A stretch of 63,098 nucleotides of DNA, the filler included, from Polymyxa betae A26-41 (lineage: Eukaryota; Protista; Endomyxa: Phytomyxea): NCBI GenBank assembly GCA_003693705.1. It is 5 parts of 5 records of this genome, joined end to end, with 100 filler letters (N's around TTAATTAATTAA, not from the genome) between each part and the next. Parts side by side here need not be neighbours in the genome. Positions count along the whole stretch, not along the records: positions 1 to 11,217 come from RBZT01000408.1; positions 11,318 to 29,013 come from RBZT01000999.1; 3 more parts are not named here. One strand, given 5' to 3'. A program made the translations under genes and the position numbers. Shown here in pieces: positions 1 through 12,405 of this stretch; within the stretch, counting starts at the first letter, position 1, and each line of letters begins with the position of its first letter. The notes under the pieces were generated by a model. It was not told where the DNA came from. It made no database searches and saw nothing but the letters and a program-made list of their open reading frames with translations.

Positions 1-500
1 GAGTTGGAAGCTGAATGTGTTTGATACAATACGATGGGCGTCTCTTTGGTATGAGGGTCAGCTTGGTGATCATGTGAGAAGGAGAGCGTAACGGGCTTCG
101 GGGCTGCGTCAGATTCTGTACAGAATCTGCAAATATGAATTTCTTCGGAAACAATTTCGTGCTTGATCTTGGATTTCAAAGCCGTACTGGTAAGGCACCG
201 GTCGATGGGCATCGAATTCGACGTAGGGTCCACTTCTGAGACGGAGGATGTCACGGGTTCAGAGTGGCTTGAGATATTGTCTGGAGTTGGAAGGATCTCA
301 TTCGTGTCATGGATCAGATCAGGAGTTGTATGACTATATTGCAGAGGCTGATGGTGTATGGGCTCAACAGCACCATGATCAGAGGGGATGTCCTCCAACA
401 TTACCATCACTTTAGGTTGAGGTTCTTCTATTGGAGAATCCTTTGGTTTTGAAGAATTCTCGGAGAGATTCACGTTGTTTTGATGAACAGGGTCATTCAT
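1..500 (-). CDS. Uncharacterised Pro/Ser/His-rich coding exon, truncated by the window edge
   Basis: Stop-free frame MNDPVHQNNVNLSENSSKPKDSPIEEPQP... runs from 500 to the window start, preceded by a T-tract+AG acceptor-like sequence (501-510 on minus). Confidence 0.5.
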   Translation of the reverse strand, partial: MNDPVHQNNVNLSENSSKPKDSPIEEPQPKVMVMLEDIPSDHGAVEPIHHQPLQYSHTTPDLIHDTNEILPTPDNISSHSEPVTSSVSEVDPTSNSMPIDRCLTSTALKSKIKHEIVSEEIHICRFCTESDAAPKPVTLSFSHDHQADPHTKETPIVLYQTHSASN

Positions 501-878
501 CTAAAAAAAATCGTTAGGAGGAAGGCCCAATTTTCAAATACAAAAAAAATGGTTTGAAAAGCAAGCGAGAGTGCAATGAAAAGCAATACATTGAGCTAAG
601 CACTAAATTTGCAAAAATCCATCAGACATTAGGACAAAAGTCTTTCAAAACTGAATATGACCGACCTGTTGAAAATGGGTAATGCCGCAATATCCACCGG
701 CAACCATGATAGCGCAGAGGGCCAGCATGATCATCATCTTGGGCACGCTCAACATCTTGGTGCATAGGCTGACGATGACAGCCATGGTTGAGATCGTATC
801 TTTGCCCGCTAATTAAAGTGACTCTTGGGGTAATGGTGAGGGAGCCCCATGCCCCCACCAACTTAGTTACATACATAG

Positions 879-1953
879 AGACACACACATCTTGGCACCA
901 AGTCATCTGGCGGAGCCACACGAGGTCGCGCCACTATCAGGTGGCTGCGCCGCACTTGTGGCTCTGTAGCGTCTACTTTTTTGGCGTCTCCTTTTTTCTG
1001 TCTCCTTAGAATTTCAGGCCGCGCTCCTAGCAAGATTGGAGAAGATCGAAAGGGATAAGAGTGAGCAAAACTCTTTCCTAACGAAACTTGGGTGCAAGTT
1101 TATACTGCAGATCGAAATTGATTCAGAAAGCTGGAAATCAAGATCGTCGTAATTTCTCATACTAAAGTTAGATCCGCAAAATATGGAGTTTATTTCAACC
1201 ATGTATCTACATTTATCTGCTTATTCTCGATTGAAAAATGAGACACGCAAAAAGTAGACAACTTTCCAAATCACACTTCAAAATGGTTTCGCTGCTGCCA
1301 GCGATGCACATTGTAATGGGACTAGCTGAGAGGGCAGCGTTGGATCAGGCGCTTCATGTAATGGATTCGCTCGATCTGCTTGTAGTCTTTTCCTTGTGCT
1401 CGGAAATCAAAAGTCTGTCTTCCTTTCTCTAAAAATCCTGCTATGTCTGCTCTGTATAACCAGTTGCGTACAGACCAATTACCGAGCTGTATTTATCTAA
1501 GTACAATTTTAGCAAATCCTTGATTCTGATTGGCATGTTTGTAAGTGGTTTCGAGCAAAGCTAGATGCCACTGCAAATTGGTCGCGAGCGGCTCCAAAAC
1601 CCTAACCCTAAAACCCTAATTCCAGCCTGGACGCTCCTGCGCTGCCCACTTGAGAAGCCGCTCCCGCCAAGAAGCTGCTGCTTTGACCAGGTTATCAACG
1701 CAGCAGTCCAGCACGACCCTGGTTACGCTGGAGTCGATTCTACTAGGTGCGATTACGCAACCCTCTCCTGCATATCCTGATTCTGTGTATTATTTTGGAA
1801 CTAAAGTGTTGCTCATCTCCGCTTGACCACCGTCTGCCGATTTCCTTGAGAGTGATCACGAGAATAATACCTGACTAGACATCGCCCTCGACATCGTCCC
1901 ATAATCAAGATCGCTTCTCTCTTGTGCTGTTTTCTTTTATGTCTGTCTCTTCG
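879..1953 (+). repeat. Left copy of a ~1.1-kb inverted repeat (partner 7575-8805)
   Basis: Reverse-complement matches by eye, e.g. acacacacatcttggcaccaagtcatctggcggagccacacga at 881, and gctcatctccgcttgac...gatcgcttctctc at 1811-1921. Contains a telomere-like aaaaccctaaccctaaaaccctaa. Confidence 0.9.
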
Positions 1954-2278
1954 AGGCGGAATTAGCTAAGGGCGTACTGATCCACGGGGTTGTGAGAAAT
2001 CGTCTTCACTATAGACCCACGAACGATAAAGGCGATCCATTTCGTGCGGCCATGACGGTTTTGAATCAACGGCGTCCCGGGTCCAGGTCCAGTACGCCGC
2101 TTGCTGCCTGCGATCGGCCCATGGGCGAGATCGATCCACGACCTGTCCATCATGGTCCAGCGCTGTCGTTGCGGATCTGCGTGAGACAGTATTGGGTGGT
2201 CTTAGGTCGGGTGAACGGCATCGAATAGGCGGGAGATAGGTCGAACCGGACGCGATTCGCTTCAGAAATGCCGAATAG

Positions 2279-2440
2279 ATGTTGATAGTCATCGGCTTCA
2301 GTGTCGCCTTCACCATCCTCGCCATTCTGCTACGTCCAATACCAAACCTACAACCCGAACAACATCAAATGGAATCTATTGAATGTATTCGTTTTCATCA
2401 CCATGCTCATGACGTACTTTCCTCTACCTTGACCTTCAAC
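2279..2440 (+). pseudogene. Frameshifted 5' fragment paralogous to the 7TM gene at 2652
   Basis: ttctgctacgtccaataccaaacctacaacccgaa is shared with the region near 2721-2755. Confidence 0.7.
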
Positions 2441-2651
2441 AAGTCCAAAAAAAGGCCTCACTGATTGTTAGTACTCAGGCCAATTTCAAAGTTGAATTCA
2501 TTGTGCAGAAAAAACAAACAAAAAAAACTGCTTTCAAAATAGAAACCGCTTTTTTCAGCCCAGATATTTCCATGATCACGATCGCGAAATAGAATCTGCC
2601 TGTGAGTAATACTCGTACTCGCATACAGCTATCTGATTTTGTTTCTCTAAG

Positions 2652-3536
2652 ATGGTTTTACCGCCGCCCATGCAGGTGGCGGTGGCGATCATCGGCGTTG
2701 TCGCCGTCACCCTCATCGCCTTCTGCTACGTCCAATACCAAACCTACAACCCGAAGAACGTCCAATGGAATCAATTGAACTTATTAACTGTCATCACCAT
2801 TCTGATGCAATTCGTTACACTTTGGCTCAGCTTTAACCTCAATCACCTTTCTCGTTCGCGATGTCATGCGGCCATGATCTTGGGCGGAACATGCTACTAC
2901 GTGATGATGGCGTGTTCGCGATTCTATTTCGTCATGAGATCGAATCAGATCGCACCACCGACCAAGATGCAAAACTTTATTGGACGAGCCCTGCTCGGCT
3001 TCGTTCCGCTCTTCGCTGTCTTCAACGTGGTCGGATCCGCACTAACAGTAGATTCCGTGATCGTTGATCCCGATGAATATTGTGTTGCGAAACCGGAGCC
3101 TATATTCACGGCCTTCTCGGTTGTCGTGATTCCTTTCCTGCTGGATATCGTTATCAACGTTCGCTTCATCACGCAGATCGTGATGACCATAAATGCGACA
3201 TCGAACAAGACCGCCACCGATCATAAGAAGGCGCCGATGCGATTAGTTCGATTAACGTGTATGATGTGTTTCTCGTGTATGATCACGACGACGATCACGG
3301 TTCTGGTTCTAACCGGGCTCATTCGTCTTCCTGATCCAATCTGAACCTCATGCGTCTTTATGATTGATCAATGCTATAACTCCTGTGCATTAGCCTGGCC
3401 TTCTATCATCGTTCGCATTTTAAAATTTATCAGGCAGAAGACTGGTTCGGAGGCAATCACGAAAAAGTCGTCGATGAGAGAGCTGCGAAACAAAGGGATT
3501 ATTAGCATGCGTGTGACAGGCAGTATCGATGTTTGA
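2652..3536 (+). CDS. 7-transmembrane GPCR-like protein interrupted by an in-frame TGA (3342-3344)
   Basis: Six hydrophobic segments in 2652-3344. The frame stays open after the TGA (TSCVFMIDQCYNSCALAWPSIIVRILKFIRQK...) to TGA 3534-3536, supplying a seventh helix and a basic tail. Confidence 0.65.
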
Positions 3537-4557
3537 TTGAGCCCGTTATCCGTAAGTCTGTTGTAAATAAAGATTGCTCTTTGTTGGTCTTGTTAATATC
3601 AAAGATCGAATTAATTTCAATCCTCGGGGCCTTCAAATGACCGGAATCGATCGCCGTCGCGGTCAAGTCACATTCGGAATAAATCCGATACGGTTCTGTG
3701 ATCTCTATAGTAGATATGGATTGTCATCGGTAGAAGAACTGCATCAAAAAGCGCGAATTTAGACAGCAGCTCAAATAACTGATGATTTTTATTGGGCTTC
3801 TTGTTCATAGATATCGAATCGTCTCCGAGGGCGCGAATGAAGTGCTGTATAGAGTCGTCGTATGTGTATAGAGAAATGATAGGGTGAATACAGTATCTAA
3901 GAGGTAGATGTCTCTAATGCATTCTGAGCAGAATCGGGTCAGATTTCACATTGGGAGGCCGCTCCCAGTCTCATACTAAATTCCAGCGCAGCCTTATCTA
4001 ATGGCTTCCCTCTATTCAGAGGTTCAACAAATCGCTCTGGCAGGCGCGCCTTTTCTTCGAGTATAGGGCATGGATAGACGTTCAGAATCCGCCTTCCTCT
4101 AGGCATTCATGATACGCTTGAACCGACACGACACCTGTCGAGGCCGCCGCCGCAAGATGAGTCCAGGCGGGAATGTCGGAACACGGTCTGGGAGCCAGAC
4201 AAGAGCAAAAGGAGAGCGGATTCAAACGCACTCTGTATTATTGCAACAATTATGATAATGAAAAATATCAATTCAAGGCACGCGATTTTGTGTATGTTGG
4301 GCCAGGTGCTAGGGGGTTTTTGTGCTTGGCACGACTGGGTACAAGACTGCATGATAGAATAGTCGCAACGCTGCAATCTGGAAATACGCAGCAATGGCGC
4401 TTACTACATTCTTGGAATCAGTTCCATCAACGTGGAAAACTGCCGTATTTAAGCAGAGGGTCGGACCGAGAATCACCACCATTCGAATGCAAGCGTCTAG
4501 GGGGAACATGAGCTTCTTGTAACCAATTGGTCGATGAAACTGCACTTTCATCAGTTA

Positions 4558-4644
4558 GCCCGCGTAGCTCAATCGGTAGAGCGTGGGACTCTTACAGATG
4601 TAGGGTTCATCCCAAGGCTGCGGGTTCGAGCCCCGCCGTGGGCT
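4558..4644 (+). tRNA. tRNA-Lys(CTT) with a 14-nt canonical intron (4595-4608)
   Basis: Acceptor GCCCGCG/CGTGGGC, D-arm GCTCAATCGGTAGAGC, anticodon stem TGGGA/TCCCA with CTT at 4591-4593, T-arm GCGGGTTCGAGCCCCGC, followed by an oligo-T Pol III terminator. Confidence 0.95.
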
Positions 4645-5265
4645 AATTTTTTATTCTTTTTTTTTTTTCAAAAAACCTTTGGATATACAACAAGATCCGT
4701 GGGCTAATTTTTTTGTTTTTACATTCAAAATCTGTGAATGGAAAACGATGATATGATGAGCGATTCTTTCCGCAACAGAGACATTCTTAAGATATTCTGA
4801 AAACCTTTTATGTGTAGGTTGAAGATGCAAATTCTTGGCATTTTGTTGGTTTGAGGGCCGGCACGGCGGCACCTATCCTTGCAATGAATGACCTTCAAAT
4901 GGGTATGAATCCGATGTCGTAACATTTACAAATATGATTTGGATCTCCCATTTTGACGAGGTATTGATCCCATGCTATAAGATCATCGGATCACATCAAC
5001 CTATTGTTGTGCCAGAAAGTTCGAATATGACGTGATAATGGAGCTCGTCCATTGCACGACAGCGATTGGAGCATTGAGACGCTAAAATGCTTTGAAGTTT
5101 GCACTCAGCATAAATGCTAGAAATGGTCTTGAAATATCGATTGACAGATTGGAATGGATTCAGAATCCTACAGGAAAAAGAAGTGTTTTGATGACATTTG
5201 AACAAAGTGAAATGGCTTTTATTCAGGCAAAAACGAGACTTTATAGAAGGTCTATTAAAATCTAT

Positions 5266-6561
5266 TCAGTTAACGTCACGGGCCAACAAGAATCGTAAAG
5301 CAGTAAGAGCAAATTGCGGATGGTCGTTGTTCAAATTCAGGATGCGCTGTACCAGCTGTGTCAGATAGTCAAGCTCGTGATGATCTGCGAGATATTTGCG
5401 GAGTTCTTTGAGAGCGTCCTGTTGAATAACGGCTTCAAAAACGCTAATAAATAGATAATCATCAATGTCCGATTCGAACAGCGTACGGACCATATAACGT
5501 GTCCATTTAATCTCATAACCAGGCTCATTATGATCATCAGCAGCCTCATCATCATCCTGCCACTTCTGCCACCCTTGGAAATTCTCATAAAACTGACAAA
5601 ACTCCGGACTTTGGCGAAGTATAGAGACAATCCACTCCCGGTGCGGATAGAAGTGGTCCAGTACGTAGGAAACTGCCGACGAATTTTGATACAGCACAAA
5701 TTGGATTGAACGGGATTTCAGTAGATGAACGATATCGATAATACGCCCATTGCTTATAAGATGATACAGTATCATAGATATCGTGTCAGAATCACATAAC
5801 AGAAATGGAGCGAAGAGAGGGAGATCCTCGGACTGAAAGTTGTGATGAACATCATCAGCACGGAATACGACCCCGCATTTGTACAGAGCGGAGAATTGAT
5901 TCGCTGTGAATGGTAACGTGTCGACTCGCGACAGATATTCCTGAACAGCCTCGATGTTGATAGGCAGCTTGGTCCGTAACGACTCCGGTAGGAGCTGGGA
6001 TACTGCCGACTCCGTACCAGGAGTAATGGTGTGGATAATATCCGGCAGATCTTGTAGTGATACAGAGGTGTAATACGGAGTTAACAAAGCGATGATCTCG
6101 TTGAAGACATCTGGAAGATGAGGTTGATCGGGATTTCCCATGACGATGATACTGGCCCCGTCCAGAGCTTGTCCCAGTGCGAACTGAGCCACTGTTCCCG
6201 ACTGTACACGTTCCACCAAGAAACGTAAAGCGTCCAGACAGAAATGTTCATTGTCGTGGCATAGAGCGAGGATACGTTGGGTTATTTAGATGGAATGGAT
6301 ATCATGAGAGATATAATGGCGGAGATGGTCCAGAGCGGCGCTCTCATGTTCAAGAACTCGTTGAAATGCGATCATGAAGATCTGATCATCAGCCTCCGGA
6401 TCGAACAGAATGTCAACCAGATAACGTGGCCATACGACCTCGTAACAAGGATTCGGGTCACTCGTATCAGCAAACTCTGACAAGTCTGGGCCCGTATCGG
6501 ACCCCAAGGCCCCATGAAACAAAACAGCGAATGAGACAGCGATGAGTAGTACAGCCTTCAT
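5266..6561 (-). pseudogene. Secreted helical-domain protein with one in-frame TAA (6286-6288); paralog of 55834-57060
   Basis: Signal peptide MKAVLLIAVSFAVLFHGALG. The ORFs 6286-6561 and 5266-6219 are in the same frame: HSI*ITQRILALCHDNEHFCLDALRFLVERVQ. The paralog reads NSIYLTTRLVCLLQDHPQVALSSFKYLIEQCQ. Confidence 0.75.
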
Positions 6562-6593
6562 CAGGACTGATGATCAAATAATTAATCAAAGGT

Positions 6594-7430
6594 ATGACGG
6601 ATGACCTCTGGACTCTGAATAACAGATCGATCATGGAATCAAAGTCCTATCTCCGAGTTTGGATTAATCCGACCGGATGGAACGGAAGAGGTTTTGGAGG
6701 GTATCATTCTAACAGCCACATGAAGGAGCCATACATTGAGAAGCGCAAGAACGGCCTGCTAATACCAATACACCCAGATATTGTCATACGACAGCCTCAC
6801 CAGATGCCGCATAGAACGGTGAGACTGAAGCAGGCGCCGCCGCCATCGTTCGTATCTCAGACCCGGACCCTCACATCGATATTCGAACTTGGCATCAACA
6901 CAGCACTGAGATTAGATCATGTAACGTCAAGTTATGAGTCTGAAATTATGGCGATACAGGCGGGAATAGAGAGAATACTCTCTTTAATCCATCCGCACAT
7001 CTATATCTTAAAAGACTCTTTTCTATCATGTCAACAGCAGCTCTATACATTTTCATACAATTAGAAATTCACAAATTCGATTTTCAATGACGTAGCCGAG
7101 AGGGTGGCTGAGCTCCGGCTGTGGACTGCATTCTAACCCGAGTCTCTATATGATCATGCAAAAAAGCCGCATCAACCTGAGACGAAATGCAATCAGGCCC
7201 AATGATCTCGTCCTATAAGTTCCAGCTTAACAAAAGTGAGAAGAATCAGCTGTGGACCAATTTAATCAGCGATGTTAAACTAAGCTTATCTAAAGGAACT
7301 CGGCATACTGTGTTCGAGCCGAACCGAACCTCACTTTCAGTTTCCAAAAAAATACTGATTGTAAACAGAACAAAGGGCCACATCCATTTTGTTCGAGGAG
7401 CCACAGTCGCTATATTGTCTGAATAATAAA
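6594..7430 (+). mobile_element. Degenerate non-LTR retrotransposon remnant (RNase H region)
   Basis: SSYESEIMAIQAGIERI...IYILKDS resembles RNase H E/D motifs of RNase-H-bearing LINEs. A downstream NRTKGH resembles the RTGH motif. Multiple stops. Confidence 0.5.
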
Positions 7431-7574
7431 AAAAGCAGCCTGTCCATGAATGCCACCATAGATGAATGCCTGGCCTGCACCTGAAATCGACTCGAAACTT
7501 AGCTGTGAAGAATGCTGAAGTCTTATTTCAGCCTTCAAAGCAAACCTTCGCAGAGCATTAACACGAGGGAAAAG

Positions 7575-8805
7575 TCGAAGAGACAGCCATAGAAGAAAAG
7601 CCACAAAAGAGAGAAGCGATCTTCATTATGGGACGATGGTGAGGGCGATGTCTAATCAGGTATTATCATTGTCGTGATCACTCTCAAGGAAGTCGACAGA
7701 CGGTTGTCAAGCGGAGATGAGCCACACTTTAGTTCCAAACTAATAAAGATAAGAAAAGATACAGAACCAGGACTGGCAGTCGTCACCAAGAACAATCGAC
7801 AGCAGTTTAAACAGGTCGTGCTGGATTGCTGCTTTGATAACCTGGGCAAAGCAGCAGCCTTTTTGGCGGGAGCGGTCTCTCATGTGGGCAGCGCAGGAGC
7901 GTCCTGGCATGAAACTAGGGTTGTAAGGTTAGGGTTTTGTCGTCGCTGACGACAAATTTGCAGTTGCATCAAGTGTTGTTTGAAACCACTTCCAAACAAA
8001 CTTGCCGATTAGAATCGAGAATTTGCGCGAATTACACTTAGATCAATACAGCTGGGTAAGCGGTCTGTACGCAACTGGTTATACAGTGCAGACAGAATAG
8101 GATTTTTTAGAGAAAAGAAGACAGACATTGATTGCCGAGCACAGGGAGAAGACTACAAGCACATCGAGCAAATCGATTGCACGACGTTACAATGTGCAGC
8201 GTTGACAGCAGCCAACCCATTTTGAAATGTGATTTCACTGATTTGGTGAGAATAAGCAGGTAAAGGTAGATGAAAAAAGCTCAATATTTCGCGGATCTAA
8301 GTTCAGTATGAGCAATTACGACGATCTTTGAATTCCAGCTTTCTATATCAGATTGTCCATTTCGATCGACAGAGTAAACTTGCGCCCAAGTTTCGTTAGG
8401 AAGAGTTTGGCTCACTCTTAGCCCTTTCGATCTTCTCCCATCTGTTAGGAGCGCGGTCATCGCAGATTGAAGACTGCCAACAACCGCCTAGACAATGGCA
8501 GCATCATCCTCCGCATCCGTTGATGTCATATCATCTTCTGTTTTGACGAGGGCCATCTGGTTTTTGCGTTCCGGATGGAGTTGCGTTTTATCTACTCATT
8601 TCAGGAGGTCGGCGACCTCCTGAAATTATAAGGAGACAGAAAATGCGGTCCGTAGATAAGGCGCCCAATATGGAAACGCCAAAAAAGTAGACGCCACAAT
8701 GCGAGGGTACGGTCCTCACATTCCACAAGTGCAGCGCAGCCTCCTCATAGTGGCGCGAAATCGTGTGGCTCCGCCAGATGACTTGGTGCCAAGATGTGTG
8801 TGTCT
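7575..8805 (-). repeat. Right copy of the ~1.1-kb inverted repeat, with a ~170-bp extra segment and cut at 8805 by a copia LTR
   Basis: Reverse complement of 879-1953. Homology stops exactly where TGTTGG (the LTR start) begins. Confidence 0.9.
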
Positions 8806-11217
8806 TGTTGGAGCAAGCGTCACGGTCACGTGACCATGATGCAACATTCCAGTCCCGTGCCGTGTGCTAGATCCTTGCACCGGACTCGTGTCCTACATGA
8901 TCTGTCCTATGTTACCTAATATACAATTCACTCTGTTAACTAGCCTACATTGAGCACTCCGACTTGTAGCTTCTTTGCACCAACCACAAAAAGTCCGTGA
9001 CTCCGCGCACTGTCCCTAATAGCTCGAGCAGACCTAATGTTCAGCACGGCGACCCTTCCCTAAACCAGAAAACTCCGAGACCCCGTGCGGCTTTCTTTAC
9101 TGGTGTTCAATTATCTGATACTGGACGAGAATGGTTTATCGATTCGGGTGCTACTTCGCACTTGACAGGTAATGTCACTCTTCTCCAGCCTGATCGCCGT
9201 TCTCTGCCTCAGCCATGTTAAATTACTACAGCTGATGGCTCTGTTCTCAAGGTCGATTCTGTCGCTGATTCTGTTACAGGATCTGCCAAGCTCAACAATG
9301 TGTGGTATGTTCCAGGTATGAAAGAGAATCTAATATCAATCTCACAAGCTCTCGACAATGGAATTGATGAAGTTTCATTTAAGCGGAACACTGTCGAATT
9401 CAAGCAAGCAGGCAACACCGTGGCAACAGGTTCGCGTACGGGAAATTTATTTCGGTTAGATTCCGATGCAGCCCTATCAGCCAAGATATCATCGGACTCC
9501 GCACCTGCTGATACCATCTCCAACTGGCATGCACGGCTTGGCCATTTGAATTTTGCGTCAATCCGTCAACTAGACAAGTCCGGAATTATCAAGCCTACCG
9601 GTGCTGTCCCTACAACTTCGTGCGGCCCCTGTCTGCAAGGCAAACATTCTCGTGCTCCGTTTGGCGTTCGCCCTGATCCAATTCGATCTCAAGCACCCGG
9701 AGAAATCATCCATTCTGAGGTGTGCGGCAAAATGCCAGTTCGTGGACGCCGAGGTGAGCAATATTTTGTGATATTCGTTGACGATTTTTCACGTCATGTT
9801 GCTGTTTACGCAATTCGTCGAAAATCGGATGTATTGAAATGCTTCAAAACATTCGCCGCCATTATGGAGACAGAACTCGGAGCTCGCAGTATCAAAACGT
9901 TAATTTCGGATAATGGAGGAGAATATGTCGGTCAAGAATTCATCGAGTTCCTTCAAGAAAAAGGCATCAATCATCTACCATCTCCTCCTTATACCCCCCA
10001 GCAGAACGGGGTCGCCGAACGTATGAACCGAACTCTTCAGGAGATGACCTTGTGCATGCTGGCGGACAGTGATGCGCCAAAGCAGTGGTGGACCGAGGCT
10101 GTGGTTTACGCCGCATATATCCGTAACAGATCACCATCTCGTTCTATCAATGGTGAGATCCCATTCACACGCCGCTTTGGTAAGCCTTGTAGTCTTTCTA
10201 TGGCTCATCGTTTTGGCTCGAGCGTGTACGCTAAGATTCCTGATGAACTCCGCGCCAAGTTAGATTTTAAGTCCGAACCAGCCCGCTTTGTAGGCATCGC
10301 TTCAGGAGGGCAAGGATATCTGATACGGTTAAAATCCGGTTCACTGACAGTATCACGTGAAGTCCGCGGATTTGACGATGCTTCGGAAGAGCCTGTTCTT
10401 TCTGTTACGTTACCGCGCCAGGAGGGACCAAGTGGGAGACCCGATAACGCTATCGAAGTCCCCGTATCTGAACAAGACGCTCAAGAACCCGCAGACCTTG
10501 CATCTATTGACAATTGCGTGACATCCGATGACGTTCAAAACTCCGATACGGACGCTTCTTCGAGTGATACTACTGAGTACTTTGATGCTGAATCTGAACT
10601 TCTTCAAACTCGATCCGGCAGAATTATCAAACCAAACAATCGTTATACTCCTCCCGATCCTCATAGGCATCAAAGAGTTGGTTTTTGCTTATATTCTTCA
10701 AATTCTGTCATTACTCCACAAACATACCGCCAAGCTATATCTTCCAAAGAATCTGGCGCTTGGCACGCAGCAATGGTCGAAGAGTTATCAAGTCACAAGA
10801 ATAACAAGACCTGGGATTTAGTTACTCCACCTTTGAATGCTAACATTGTCGGCTCTAAGTGGGTGTTCAAGCTCAAGACTGATTCTGCCGGAAATCCAGA
10901 ACGTTACAAAGCTCGCATTGTAGCCCAAGGGTTCTCCCAGCAATACGGGACTGATTACACTGACGTCTTCGCACCTGTAATTTCCATGACCAGTCCACGC
11001 ATCTTCTTCGCGTATTGTGCTTCAGTCAAGGTACAACCTCATCATCTTGACGTTGTTACGGCCTTCTTAAATTCTCCGTTAATTGAGACTATCTATATGC
11101 GCCAACCTACTGGATTCGAACAGCTGTCGCCTGATGGCCAACCTTTGGTGTGCCGATTAAAGAAGGCCGTGTACGGACTCAAGCAAAGTGGCCGCGCCTG
11201 GTGGCAAACAGTCACCG
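8806..11217 (+). mobile_element. Defective Ty1/copia LTR retrotransposon (putative LTR 8806-8949; PR-IN-RT, runs into the gap)
   Basis: Protease WFIDSGATSH, integrase HARLGH..CGPC, SDNGGEY and GVAERMNRTL, RT start WDLV..KWVFKLK..YKARIVAQGF. In-frame TAA at 9219-9221, IHSEVCG instead of IHSDVCG, and gag and PBS not evident. Confidence 0.93.
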
Positions 11218-11317
11218 NNNNNNNNNNNNNNNNNNNNNNNNNNNNNNNNNNNNNNNNNNNNTTAATTAATTAANNNNNNNNNNNNNNNNNNNNNNNNNNN
11301 NNNNNNNNNNNNNNNNN
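11218..11317. other. Assembly linker (N44-TTAATTAATTAA-N44)
   Basis: Six-frame-stop spacer flanked by Ns, identical at four places. Confidence 0.98.
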
Positions 11318-11923
11318 ATAACTCATCAAAAATGTTCCCGGACCAAACCCTGAAGCGAAATATTTTTAGTCCGTGACAAGAATGAAGATGTAGACAGACG
11401 CACTCGGAGTTTTGGGTCTTCTCACCTACAATAAACGTGCATCGGTGTTTTCACTAATTCTTTATTCCGGACTTATTGATTTTCTTCGTAATAAATTATT
11501 TACTAAGGCCGCTATGCGGAATAATTCTATTCCGCTTCAAACTGAGAGGAAGGATAAAATATTCCGGAAGCTGTTCCCATGAAATATATAGTTAATATCA
11601 ATTTCGGCATCCTTGCAGTGAAACTCAGACACATTGGAGAATATTTTGGGCTCTATGGATTAGCGATTCTCTGTGATTCAATTTATTGAGACAAAAATAA
11701 AAGGCTGAATATTGTAATTTTATTCCTACTCCCCATGTTGGATTCTGACCTTTAGAACGTGACCTTCGCAAAGGCCGAAAAAAGCCAAATCCGTTTCACA
11801 TACTGGCAATGTTCTGCCCTTATAGATGCACAACCGGATGCAGATCGGTGTTACTTCAGCGAAATTCCGTTCTTATATGAGATGCCGTAATAGTCACAAA
11901 CTACGCGCAGGACATCTGCCTAG

Positions 11924-12250
11924 TTAACGGCGTGCAGGTAGCGCTTCAGGTCCCGGGATCTTGAATGTCATGCCACACTGTTGGGAAGTCTGGCGACCCA
12001 TGGTTGTGGCGATTGGTGAAGGGAAAACCTCAACGCAAGACATGGAATTTGAAAAGGGCTGCGCGCAGTTTTCTGTTCGCAGAATGCGGTCGATTATTAG
12101 GAGGACGCGTTTCATCCCAACGCATCTCCATACAACTTCCAACGGTATCGCAGCCTTCAGTTTTGATTTTGTTTCGATTTGTTTTTCTGTAATTCTCTTC
12201 AACTCATTGAGATCTAGCGATTTACAGACTTTAATTGCCCACTGCGTCAT
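11924..12250 (-). pseudogene. Degenerate gene fragment, possibly a P-loop NTPase of Crinkler (CRN) type; mirrored at 28094-28429
   Basis: Walker-B-like VLLIID, plus a downstream GLCEGHVP on the mirrored copy that resembles GGHPR. Frameshifted. Family assignment is weak. Confidence 0.3.
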
Positions 12251-12405
12251 ATCTCGGAGCCCTGATACAAAACCCCGTGGCTCCTAACAAAAATGTCTCT
12301 TTAAGGTGATTCGCACTGTACTACATACCAATTTTAACAAGGCCTGACTTACTCCAAATATTTAATCATAAAAGTATTTCCGAACGGAGCAAGATATCTT
12401 TTTAT

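Noticed and set aside
11218-11317. TTAATTAATTAA palindrome and ORFs ending in XXX-LIN
   Set aside because: Artificial contig linker repeated four times.
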